From NCBI RefSeq assembly GCF_041146345.1, contig NW_027191411.1:124001-188000 (forward strand): a stretch of DNA of 64,000 nt. Reading direction: 5' to 3'. The notes below the pieces were generated by a model that had not been told where the DNA came from, made no database searches, and saw only the letters and a program-made list of their open reading frames with translations. A program made the position numbers and the translations under genes. Of this stretch, positions 26,668 through 37,800 are shown piece by piece (within the stretch, counting starts at the first letter, position 1; each line of letters begins with the position of its first letter). Source of the stretch: Neodothiora populina. Lineage: Eukaryota.

Positions 26668-26907
26668 GAAACATTTCCAAGTTTAATCAGTATATATAAG
26701 TCTGAATAAACGAGTAACCAATGCAAGGCCGACTCGAGGCTTAGCAACCTTAGCTGCCACAAGTTTGCGACGCAACCCAGCATACTCCTAAGCAATGTGA
26801 TGTGAGGGGAGAGATGGGATTATAACTTTATAGAACATCAATTTGCATATATGCAGCTCGACTAAAGCCCGAAATAAAGGCCCGTTCATATTGGCATATG
26901 GTTGGTC

Positions 26908-26990
26908 GCGGGAACCTCAGCTTACTTACGGAGCTTAGGCGGTAAAGTATGGAGCGGGAAACCTGGCTGTTATCTTTTCCGCGCGGGAAA
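26908..26990 (+). promoter_or_regulatory. Cluster of GCGG(G/T)AA(A) motifs upstream of the dialkylglycine decarboxylase; putative Zn2Cys6 binding sites
   Basis: GCGGGAA 26908, GCGGTAAA 26939, GCGGGAAA 26954, GCGGGAAA 26983 and inverted TTTTCCGC 26975, all within ~85 bp. Confidence 0.5.
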
Positions 26991-27109
26991 CCCATACTAT
27001 TCCGTTCCGCCATTGCTCTCAAGCATAAGACGCAGCAACAAGCAGGCAAGAAGTTCAGAGCATACTTCCAATTCCTTCTGCTTTTCAGTGATCCTCAATG
27101 CAGCTCAAA

Positions 27110-28441
27110 ATGTCCACCGATGCTGATGCCTTCTGGACCAAGGCGGACAAGTACCTCATGAGCTCGGGCGTGCCACTTTCGCCCGTCATCATCACCAAAG
27201 CCAAAGGCACCAGACTATACGATGCAGGGGGCAGGGAGATCCTTGACTTCACCTCAGGTCAGATGAGTTCGCTTCTCGGCCACTCACACCCCGAAATCGT
27301 AGAAGTAGTGCGACACTATGTTGGAGAGCTTGACCATTTACTCAGCAATATGGTCACTCAACCAGTGGTTGACCTCGCGGAGAGACTCGCACGACACCTT
27401 CCCGCACCACTCGAAAAGTCATTCTTTCTTAACACGGGATCTGAAGTAACAGAGGCTGCGATCAAGATGGCCAAATGCTATACTGGCAAATTTGAGATCG
27501 TAGCGTTCTCTGCCAGCTATCATGGCTTAACCCAAGGTGCGGCCTCTGCGACCTACTCAGCGGGCCGAAAGAATGGTGGACCTTCTATGCCTGGCCAGCT
27601 CGCCTTCCCGGCCCCTTACCCATACCGTTCTCTGTTCAGGAACGCGGACGGATCATATGATTGGGAAAGGGAGATGGACTTTGCCTGGTCAATGATCGAC
27701 AGTCAGAGCGTTGGCTCGCTGGCCGCATTCATCATAGAACCGATTTTATCGACCGGAGGAATACTCGAACCGCCGAAGGGATACTTTAAACGTCTCAGCG
27801 CCGAATGCAAAAAGCGCGGCATGCTTCTCATCATCGACGAGGCACAGACAGGTGTTGGTCGAACAGGTCAAATGTTTGCTTTCCAGAGAGACGACATCGT
27901 TCCCGATATTCTTTGCTTGTCCAAGACTCTGGGCTGTGGTCTGCCTTTAGCCTCGGTCAGCACGACAGCCGAGGTCGAGAGGGGATGCCAGGAAGCAAAG
28001 TTCTTGTGGTTGACCACTCATCTCAACGATCCATTGACTGCTGCTGTTGGCAATAAAGTACTCGAGATTGTGGAGCGTGACAACATGTGTCAACGAGCTG
28101 CTGAACGTGGTGAACAACTACGAGCAGGACTTCTTGAACTTCAGGAGAAGCATTGGTGCATTGGTGATGTGCGTGGCCGTGGCCTTCTACAAGGTATTGA
28201 GATTATCTCGGACGCAGAGACCAAGGCTCCGGGGTCAGATCTTGGTCAACTTGTTTCGGACCGGGCAATGTCACAAGGTTTGTCTTGTAACATTGTTAAT
28301 CTACCTGGTATGGGTGGTGTGTTCCGATTGGCGCCGCCCGTCACGGTGACAGCTGAGGAGATCCAGGAGGGCCTGAATATTCTAGACGAAGCGTTCTCAT
28401 TCGTACTCGAAAGAAAGGAAGCTACGACGAATGGCGTCTGA
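27110..28441 (+). CDS. dgdA: 2,2-dialkylglycine decarboxylase (PLP-dependent, class III aminotransferase fold), intronless
   Basis: Motifs ILDFTSGQMSSLLGHSHPEIV, ASATYSAGRK, EPILSTGG, DEAQTGVGRTG, SKTLG (PLP Lys) and TTHLNDPL. Colinear with my recollection of Burkholderia cepacia DGD, including the SGQMS Gln. Confidence 0.88.
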   Translation: MSTDADAFWTKADKYLMSSGVPLSPVIITKAKGTRLYDAGGREILDFTSGQMSSLLGHSHPEIVEVVRHYVGELDHLLSNMVTQPVVDLAERLARHLPAPLEKSFFLNTGSEVTEAAIKMAKCYTGKFEIVAFSASYHGLTQGAASATYSAGRKNGGPSMPGQLAFPAPYPYRSLFRNADGSYDWEREMDFAWSMIDSQSVGSLAAFIIEPILSTGGILEPPKGYFKRLSAECKKRGMLLIIDEAQTGVGRTGQMFAFQRDDIVPDILCLSKTLGCGLPLASVSTTAEVERGCQEAKFLWLTTHLNDPLTAAVGNKVLEIVERDNMCQRAAERGEQLRAGLLELQEKHWCIGDVRGRGLLQGIEIISDAETKAPGSDLGQLVSDRAMSQGLSCNIVNLPGMGGVFRLAPPVTVTAEEIQEGLNILDEAFSFVLERKEATTNGV

Positions 28442-28907
28442 ATAGATGGTCAACCAATGGAAATTGGTTAAGCTTAGGGTGATGAGATAATCTCATTCAA
28501 ACTTGGGAAAACAAGTGACTCTTTTGTTTGTTACTTAGTTTAATATTCCGGGATGGGAAGAGAATATCGACAAGATGAAATTGTGGTCGACTCAAAGTAC
28601 CTAGTTCGTGCCTAGCTACTGATGCTATGAAATACGAGTGGGTGTTGCTCTGATATTCCTCAATGATGGGGCCACTAACCACGACAACATTAAACAGTAC
28701 AATCTTCGTGGACCGGTATGTCAATCAGTCCCGGTAGTCACCATAATGGACGCGATGAGATGTAGATGTAGAATATGTATCTCCATTCCTGGGAAGTAAT
28801 TCGTAGCATGACCTCCGCCTTGCCGCGGCAAACTCGGCGTGTAGTTTCCCGCTAGACGTCACGTAACTATGCTTTCAATTTGTTGCGCTTCTACACTGCC
28901 TACAGAG

Positions 28908-31093
28908 ATGGCAACGCAAGTCAGCAGCCGACCCTATCGGTCTCACAAATTCCCTGCTTGCGAAAGATGCCGCAAAAGAAAAATACGCTGTAACTTTGAT
29001 CTCGTGGATCAGAGGTGCGTGTATTGTCGCGCCAAGAACGTGCAGTGTATCACGTCTCCTCCCGCGACAGGTGCAGATGAGACGATCGGCAGTCGCGACT
29101 CGACAGACCACAGACCTCGGAAGGAACCTCGCTTAGGTGAAGATATTCCGAGTCGAAGGACTAGGTCACGAATAGAAGATGAGATCAGTCCGGCGTCGAA
29201 TTTACCAGTTGCTCTTGAGGATCCTCGTTCTAGTACCAGAGCGACATCTAGGTCCTCCCCGGCCTCCATCTTACACACACAGTCGCACCCTACTGCGTTA
29301 CTCAGAGACCAGACTCAGCAAGCATCACAGCGTGCAGACCTTTCAGAAATCGTTGGTCCTGTGAATGCAGAGGATATTGAAGTGCTAGAGTCATATTTGA
29401 TCAATGAGGATAACCCTGGTGGTTCCCGAACCAGGACGTCTAATGGAGAACCGCGCAGACCAGAAAACCCAGTCTTGTATCTCTCTGTACCTCGCCGTCG
29501 GACTGGATTGAAAGTTGCTCTTAACCCTGGTGCATCCCAATATGACATTCTGTATCATATGTTAGGCTCGTTCAGAAAAGAGCTTATTGATCTGTAAGAC
29601 GACAATCCCTGTACACGCAGATCCAGCAGTGCCCAATATTGATCGTATACAGGTTCTTTACCTATATACATCCATGGTTCCCCGTCCTTGATGAATATGT
29701 CCTTACCAGACCGGATTCCAGCGAGAACAAAGAGATACCTCCTGCCCTGTGGTGTAGCATGTTCGCGAGCGCAGTACGCTTGTGGAATCGCTCACAAAGC
29801 CTCAGACGACATCCTCGCCCGGAGATCAACTATGTGTGGAATCTTGCCGTAGAGGCGCTGAACGAGGAGTTTTTCGCTCCAAGTATCGCGACCATCTCAT
29901 GCTCCACGCTTGATATGCTCGGCAGGCCGGTAAGTGATTACTGACTGCGGTGCAGGATATCATTTTGCCATACTGATATGTTGTGTGTAGACTTTATCTA
30001 TCATTGGTAATATCATCAACGAAGGAAGAACAGTATCGTTGGCTCACGTTTTGGGGCTGAACCATAATCCCACGTCCTGGCGATGTTCTGATCAGATCAA
30101 GAGCTTCAGGAAGAGGACATGGTGGGGCGTATTTGTCCACAGTCAGTGGTGAGTCTTACAGCCCAATTCTTACAACCCGTGATTTCTTCTCTCATACCAC
30201 AGACGAGCATAACTAAAAGAACCACATGCAGGTCGAGTTTCGCTCATGGTGTACCGACTCGGATATCGACCGACCAGTACGATGTTCCCCTACCGAACAT
30301 ATCGGACTTGGTCAAGTCGGATGAAACCCGCGATACCCGCATCACCACTGCCAAACTGTTCGTCCATCTTTGTGCGCTATCGCAGATCCTCTGCGAGACT
30401 CTTCCGGTCGCATACAGTTTGAAGCCGTCGAAAGAGGGCGTGGAAAGACTGATCAGACGTATAGAATGCGACCTGGATGAATGGGAAGCTGACTTGCCTC
30501 GTGAGTTCCGCCCTGATTCCCTCGAAAAGTCAGAGGGAATCAGTAATCTCTGGTTCTGCCATCTTTGCGTAAGGCTACTGCTTGCTCGTGCCTCTCTCAG
30601 AGTAAGTGTCTTTGTTGCAGTCCGCAATCGTCGCCAACTTGGGACAGAGCTGAGTTTTTGCTAGGCCGTCTCGAACAATAAAACAAATACAGCTCCCGAG
30701 AATCGACGCTATCGTCTCACCGTACTCCGGACATCGGCCCAGGAAGTAGTCGACTACATGGCCTCGCTATCCGAGGATCAATTCTCTGAGTTCTGGTTAC
30801 CCTGTGAGCCACAACAATCCTCAATTCACCATGGCCACAAAGAAACAAAGTGCGACTGACAAAAATCCCAGACACCGCCCACCTCCTAGCTACAGCAGGC
30901 ATGCTCCTCCTACGCTGCGCCTTCGAACTGACCAACAATGCAAGTATCTCTCAGTCCTGCGCCGCGGGTCTCCAAAGCCTCCAGAAACGTCTGCGAGAAG
31001 TTCGAGACTCCCAGGAGTGGGACCTTGGAGACATATTCCTCGAGCAGTGCAAGCAACCTATTTCTCGGTTGCTGCTGCTTGTTCGCAATAACA

Positions 31094-31133
<40 letters not shown>

Positions 31134-31518
31134 TCACCGCGGTGATGAGGAGTCGAGTGTTACTGTTGCTACTGCTGCTGGTGGAGCGAACAACAACAGA
31201 AGAAAAAGACAAAAGGCGACTCGACGCACAGCGGCTCTCGACGCGATCGATGCCTCGCAGATGGACCAAACGACGTTTCAGGACTCGTCGCTACTATACG
31301 GCGACGACGGTGACCTATTCGATGGCAATTTCAACATGATGGGCGACGACGGTGGAAGTGGAGGTGGTCTAGGGAACATTGGAGCAGCAGGGATAGGATT
31401 TGGGGGAGTAGCAGGAGGCGGTGGTGTAATACCCTTTGATTTGCAGATTGATAATCCAGGGTATCCCTACGAGTCTCTGTGGAGTATGTTGGAGTATTCA
31501 GAGGGAGGTGGAGGTTGA
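28908..31518 (+). CDS. Zn(II)2Cys6 transcription factor with fungal-specific TF (middle homology) domain; about 5 introns (approx. 29594-29652, 29930-29990, 30149-30231, 30602-30664, 30803-30871)
   Basis: ACERCRKRKIRC...CVYC....QC cluster; FFTYIHPWFPVLD; polyQ tract and acidic C-terminal activation-like region. Confidence 0.88.
31096..31128 (+). repeat. (CAG)11 microsatellite encoding polyQ
   Basis: Eleven tandem CAG in the last exon of the TF. Confidence 0.9.
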
Positions 31519-32015
31519 GGGACGGGTAGAGGGAAGAGGAGGGGGGTTGCATGAATGATGTGCCGAAATACATACTCCATGAATCGGTCTAGACCTCCAC
31601 TCCTTCATTCTGCATCTAGTAGCCGTCAAAATGGTGATCTTCTCTGAGAGAAAGTAGCAGAATAACGTCGAGACCAAGAAAAAGACAACGAGAAAGAAAA
31701 GAACTTCAAATGCAGGAAAAGCCGAGTTGTCGTCCATGTGACGAATGATTTCCATCTTTCGTTTCTCTATCCTCTATATACACTATACTCTAAAGTTTGT
31801 TAGTTCTAAATTAAGATTTCCTGTGCCCAAAACGCCACATCATGAAAAGCGAAGTTAAGAAAATATCATAATGCCCTGCCTGCCTGCCTGCCCGCTCGCT
31901 TGAAACCAGAGAACTAAAAAAAAGCGAATCAAAAACCGCTTACACCCACACATAACATCCAAGAAGTGACGCAACGCGAAGAAAAACAAACCATGATAGA
32001 AAAGGACAAAGAGAC

Positions 32016-34003
32016 TCAAACAAGCCCTGCCTTGGCAGCACTCCCAGCAAGCAAGTCCGACCGACTGCCGTTCCGTGCCGCACCGAAAATCGCCTGCTCG
32101 ATCCTCGCGCGTCTCAACTCCTCCTCTTCACCGCGCACGTCCTTGAACACATGATCCATCTGCTCGAGGGTGCGGCCGTTGGTCTCGGGCACGCCGAAGT
32201 ACGTCCACACGCCGCTCAGCATGCAGAAGACGCCGAAGAAGATGTAGGCGCCGTAGTTTGTGTTTTGGACCAGGGGCGGGGTTATGAGGCCGATTATGAA
32301 GTTGTTGAGCCACTTTTCTTTGGTGTCAGTATTTGGCTTGGGGGGAGAGAAGGAGGAAAGTGGGATGGGAGGAAAAGAGGACTTACGTTGGAGCATGTTG
32401 ACATAGCGACACCCTTTGCGCGTAAAGAGCTGGGGAAGATCTCGGATGGGTAGGCCCATGGTACGGGGCCCCACGACGCGCCAAAGGCAAGCATGTAGAA
32501 GAGCAGAAACGCGACGCTGACCCAGCCTTCGGTGGTGTGAGCGGGCCAGTTGGAAGAGTATTTCCCGACGAGCCCGGCGATGACGATTTGAGCGATCGCT
32601 GTGAATAGACTGCCCCAGAGGAGTAGCTGTCTTCGGCCGAATCTGTCCATGGTGAAGATGGAAGAAGCGACGCCGATGAGTTGACACACGTTGAGCACAC
32701 CCGACATGACGAGTTGCATGTCGTACTTGAGACCCATGGTCTGGAAGAGCGTCGGCGAGTAGTAGATGAGCGCGTTGATGCCGTTGAATTGCTGGAAGAA
32801 CATCATGAGCACGCCGACAAGAGTGCGACGCCAGCAGCCAGGCTGGAAGAGACTAGCCCACTGCGCGAGCTCGAGCTTGATCGCGCTCTTCTTGGATCCG
32901 TCTTGGAGGTTGGGGTGCTTTTCCTCGAGGATCTCTTGCTGAAGTGCAACCTCGGTGCGGATGTCGTACCACTCGTGGATGACTCTGTGATCTGTCTCGG
33001 GAAGAGCACGGAGCTTAGCAAGTGCCTGGAGCGCTTCGTCATCGCGACCTTTGCTGCATAGCCATCGAGGTGAGAACGGCAGGAACAAGATGCCAATGCC
33101 CAGTATCAGACCAGGCACGAGTTGAATGAGAAATGGCAGACGCCATGCCCATTCGCTCGGAATGAATCGTGTGCCATAGGTGATCCAGAAAGCAATGACA
33201 ATACCAGAGACCTTTGACAGAGAAGTAAGCATACGCGAATGACCAAGCATCCAAACAGTAACACCTACAACGCTGAACTCCTCGAGCACAAGCAACGATC
33301 CCCTTATCTCAGGAGGACTGATTTCCGCAATGTATAAGGGTGCCACCTGAGTAATCATTAGTTACATGTGTTTGACGAAAACAAATACAGGTACGTACCA
33401 TACTAAGCATACCGATACCCACTCCACCAATGAAGCGAGCCACGGTCAGCATGGCATAATCGACCGAAGCGGTCTGCAAAGCAGAGCCAATAGCAAAGAT
33501 GATGACAGCGACGACGATTGAGTATTTTCTCGAGATCTTGTCCGCGATCCATCCTTGGTTGAATGCACCTATGAGGGCACCGAGCTCGAGCACAGCGGTA
33601 AGGAGTCCCTTGTATATGCCGCCGGAGCTGATCTCCGTGAAACGTTCGAGGAATTGAGGCATGACGAGAATTACCGATATCACGCCTTGGTCGAATCCAA
33701 ATACCAGACCTCCAGTCGCCTGAATATCATCAGTGTTACTGATCCGACACTTCCGAATATTCCAATATTACTCACAGAGAATGCTGCACAGAGAGCGACG
33801 TACGGACTAGAAAAGAGACCTCTGAACCCTATAGTCCTATCTGTTAGATTCATCAAATAATAACGATAATATGCTTGAAACGAACCAGCTGGCCCATAAG
33901 TCTCCCTTGACTCCCATACCGCCTTGTCGTGGTGTGTGACTTTGATACTATCCATACTGTGGTTGTCGTCCTTGATATTCTTTTCTATCGTATAGTCGTC
34001 CAT
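32016..34003 (-). CDS. Sugar porter (MFS) transporter, several introns; substrate unknown
   Basis: Motifs GYDQG-like, ADKISRK, ARFIGGVGIG, PLYIAEISPPEIRG, PFSPRWL, QQFNGINALIYY, DRFGRR, PSEIFP, PETNGRTLEQMD. Start assigned to MDDYTIEK; exact 5' exons are uncertain. Confidence 0.85.
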
Positions 34004-34830
34004 GCCTGCGCTTGCTGGAGTAAACAAACTTTCAAGCGATGGTGATTTTGCAAATAGTAATTACAGAAGTGGAAGTCATGATGGATTAGGATTTGTTGGG
34101 AACACGTTGATGAAGTTTTCCATTTCGTCTCGCATCGAAAGCCGCCGTGGCGGACCTGGCGGTCTACCGCATCGCTCGGCCATGGAAGAATGGATTCTAC
34201 GTGCACTGGTGTTTTGTTCACGATTCCGCTTTCTACGGCCACCGATGGACGCCGAAGATGGTGGAGAGGAACCGAGCCGGCCACGACCTCCGGTCCCCGC
34301 ATTTCTCGGCAAGCAGTCGTCTCTATCACCTCGAGGGACTATCCCTCTACCATCGTCGGCATCGAGTAAAGAGGCAATAGTCTTCATCGATATCCAAAGC
34401 CGACCTACGATAGTGTAGCATTGGACTACTTTTCGTGATGAGGAGTTGACGGTACATGAGGTGGGACATGTGTAGGTTTGCTTGTGGGTTTGCTGATCCC
34501 GTCTCGTGGCGGAAAACCGAAATGCTTGATCGAGTCCGGGATCAATGTTTTTCCGGTGAAAGCCAGTCCTCCGTGTGAGAACTGCAGCCGCCTTTGTCGC
34601 GTGCTCGGTCTTAAAAGTTACTATGATGTTTTCTCAAGATACTCACTGTATTATTGGCAACCAATTGCTGTAGTGGCATGTTGTGTAACCGTACATGCGA
34701 GTGCCGCTGCTGCATATGATATCCATACTATGCTTATGCTATGTGTTCGTGAATCGTCTGGATAATAGGAAAAAGAGTAACGCCGCCATGTTGATTAACC
34801 TCGCTAAGCGCGACCCTGGAATGCTCATGT

Positions 34831-37800
34831 TCATGTCGGCATCAAGCCAATGCCACCGCCAGATCCACCCCGGCCGCCCCCTCGACTGCTACCTCCTCGT
34901 CTCGAAGCGCTCTTACTCTTGTCCTTATAAACAAACTCACTCATGCTCCCTGCGTCGCTGCTACGCTTCGAGGTCGTAGCTCGCTTCTTGACGCCTGCGC
35001 TGTTACGACCACGTGACGAAGTCGAGCTAGCTTTGCGACTGTTGTAGCGGCTGCCCCGACCGCTAGTACTGCCAGTGCTATCCGTGCTGTCTCTAGCCGA
35101 CTGAGGTCGCCGAGTCGCAGTTGCCTTCCCTCTTCTTGCGCCTTTTGCTGGCGGAGGCGGTGGCATCTCTTGATTGGCTTGAGTGGCGGCTTGAGTGGCC
35201 GTGATCCTAGCATTGAAGGCCGCCACGCGAGCGTTAGGTTTGAAATAAGTGCTACGCCGCTCGATGCCGTCGTCGAGATCAGACTCATCGAGACTGCCAT
35301 ATTCGTCGTCGTTGTCATTATCATCGTCGTCGTCGCTAACCAGGTCGATGACTGTCTCGCGATTAGGGTCTTGAACGCGCTCTTCGCTCTGTAGCATCAT
35401 TTCATCGTAGTGTGACTTGGCCTGTTTGATCATCCTCAAGAACGCTTTACCATACTGCTTGACCTGATACGTGTCGACGTTTGGGATGTTGGCTAGCCCT
35501 TGCTCAGTCGTGGGGAAGCCGATTGCCATCTCTCTGAATATCGTGTCCGAAAACGGTGCTGTGCGTAGTCCTCTGCTTACCAAGATCCTCTGAGCTTCCT
35601 TCTTTGCTTCCTCCACAAAGCCCTCGACGATCATCTGGTGGATACTATTCAGGTTGTCCATTTTTTCGTCTATGGTTATTGGTGGACCGACATCTTTATT
35701 TCTTCTGGTTCTGGGAACCGTGGAAACTCTGACAGGCTCAAAGTCATCTTCTTCGTAGTCATCGTCGTCAGGATCGGAGTCGACCATCATACTGCCAGCA
35801 TGGGCGTTGTTGCCGCGACGTGGAGACACGGCCTTCCTCCGCCGCATTGCGTTGTGCACAGGCGACGATATGTTTGTTGACGGAAAGTCTACCGCAGCTA
35901 CTCTGCTTCTCGGTTTGGCAGCACGTGCGACAGCACTTCTGCCGTTGGGAGATGACGGCACGTGAAGTTCAAGCCGTCTGCCTCTCGATATGAATTCTTG
36001 GGCAGTCTTGCCAAGTACGAGGTGCTGTACGGTCCAGCCGCCATTGTTGGTGTCGCTGATCTCTTGCAGAGCTTCTTCAGCCAAGAGTCTGCCGAACAAC
36101 CGCTCTACCTCACCCCTGTCGAGCTCTGCGCCTGCACCATATCCGTCCAAATCACTATTACTGGCCACCGTCTTCTTCTGTCCGGCTCCACGGAATATGT
36201 CCTGACATTGGATCAACGTAACTTTCCTCGGCTTCTTGAACTCACCAACCAGGTTGATGGCCTTCTTCGCATACTCGGTGAACTCCTTAGTGATAAAGGT
36301 CGAGTCTGACGTGCAGTTGTCACACGCGCCCTGACAGTTCTTCTGGTCGAAGCTCTCGGCGAAGTATTGCAATACTTGGACGCGACGACAGTCACTCCTG
36401 TTCTCACAATACTGGACGACTTTGCGCAGCATATCGCGTTGTCGTTGCTTCTGCTCGTAGCTCCCGTCGCCTTCGTCAATCATACGCATTAGAGCAGTCA
36501 TATCCTGGTAGCCGTAGAAGAGATAACAGCCCGATCGCAGGCCATCTCGACCAGCTCTTCCGGTTTCCTGGTAGTAGCCTTCGAGACTCTTTGGGATACT
36601 ATGATGTATGACGAAGCGGACGTCAGCCTTGTCGATACCCATTCCGAATGCAATGGTGGCCACGATGACCTGATAGAATCCTTCTTGCCACTTTTTCTGC
36701 ACTTTGGACTTGTCTTCAGGTTTCATGCCGGCGTGATAATGATGAGCCCTGATGCCCGAGCTCACTAGCTCTTGCGCAAGTTTTTCACATTTCTTCCTTG
36801 ACAAGGCATATATAATTCCGGACTGCTTGTAGTGCTTGCCATTGACGATGTCTACGATGGCCTTGAGGAGTGCAGCGCCTTTAGGCTTAGAGGTGACTTC
36901 GTAGAACAAGTTCGGCCTGTTGAAGCTCATGGCATAGGTCTCGCAGCCGGCGATGCCGAGATTGTTTTTGGTATCTGTTTTGACATTCTCGGTTGCGGTC
37001 GCGGTCAAAGCCATAACAGGCACACCGGGAAAGTTCCTCCGGATGGATCCCAGCTCCTTGTAGTCAGGGCGAAAGTCGTGACCCCATTGGCTGACACAAT
37101 GTGCCTCGTCAATGACAATGCGGGCCAATTTGCGCCTACGGTGGAGATTCTCAAAGATCCTCAGGAAGGCCTGGCTTTTGGCTATCATTTCGGGGGTGAT
37201 GTAGAGGATGCGGACGAAGTCTTCGACGTCGTGCTCATCCAATCCAGCCATGATCTGGTCCCTTTCAGCTTTGGCCATCTCACCATTGATGAAGTAGGCC
37301 TGCACGCCTAGCTTCCGGAGATGATAGACTTGATCTTCCATCAGACTCAGGAGTGGAGAAACGACGAGTGTGACGCCACGCGTCTTGCCGGAATCAACGA
37401 CGGCGGGGAGCTGGTAACAAAGCGATTTACCTCCACCAGTAGGCATCAACACAAAGACATCCTTGCCGGACAGGGTGGCGTTGATGGCGTCAAGTTGATT
37501 GGTTCGGAAGCCACGGAGCTTGAAAAGATGTTGCAGAGCTCGCTTGACATCTCGCGACCATGGATGTTGCATCAGGTCGAGTTGTTTGGCAGGCGATGGT
37601 TTCTTGTGTCGGGGATTCCCGTTCATGGCTAGCTCTCCGAAGACCGGACGGGGGGTTGATTGCTGTGCGAAGCTGCCGCGCGCATGACGATTCTCCGTAT
37701 GGTCGGCTATGTTGAGGAAATGCTCCTCGTCTTCATCGACATCACCATAGTCCTCGTCATCTTCTATGATCACAGGAGCAGGTGGGCTGCCCATGACGTG

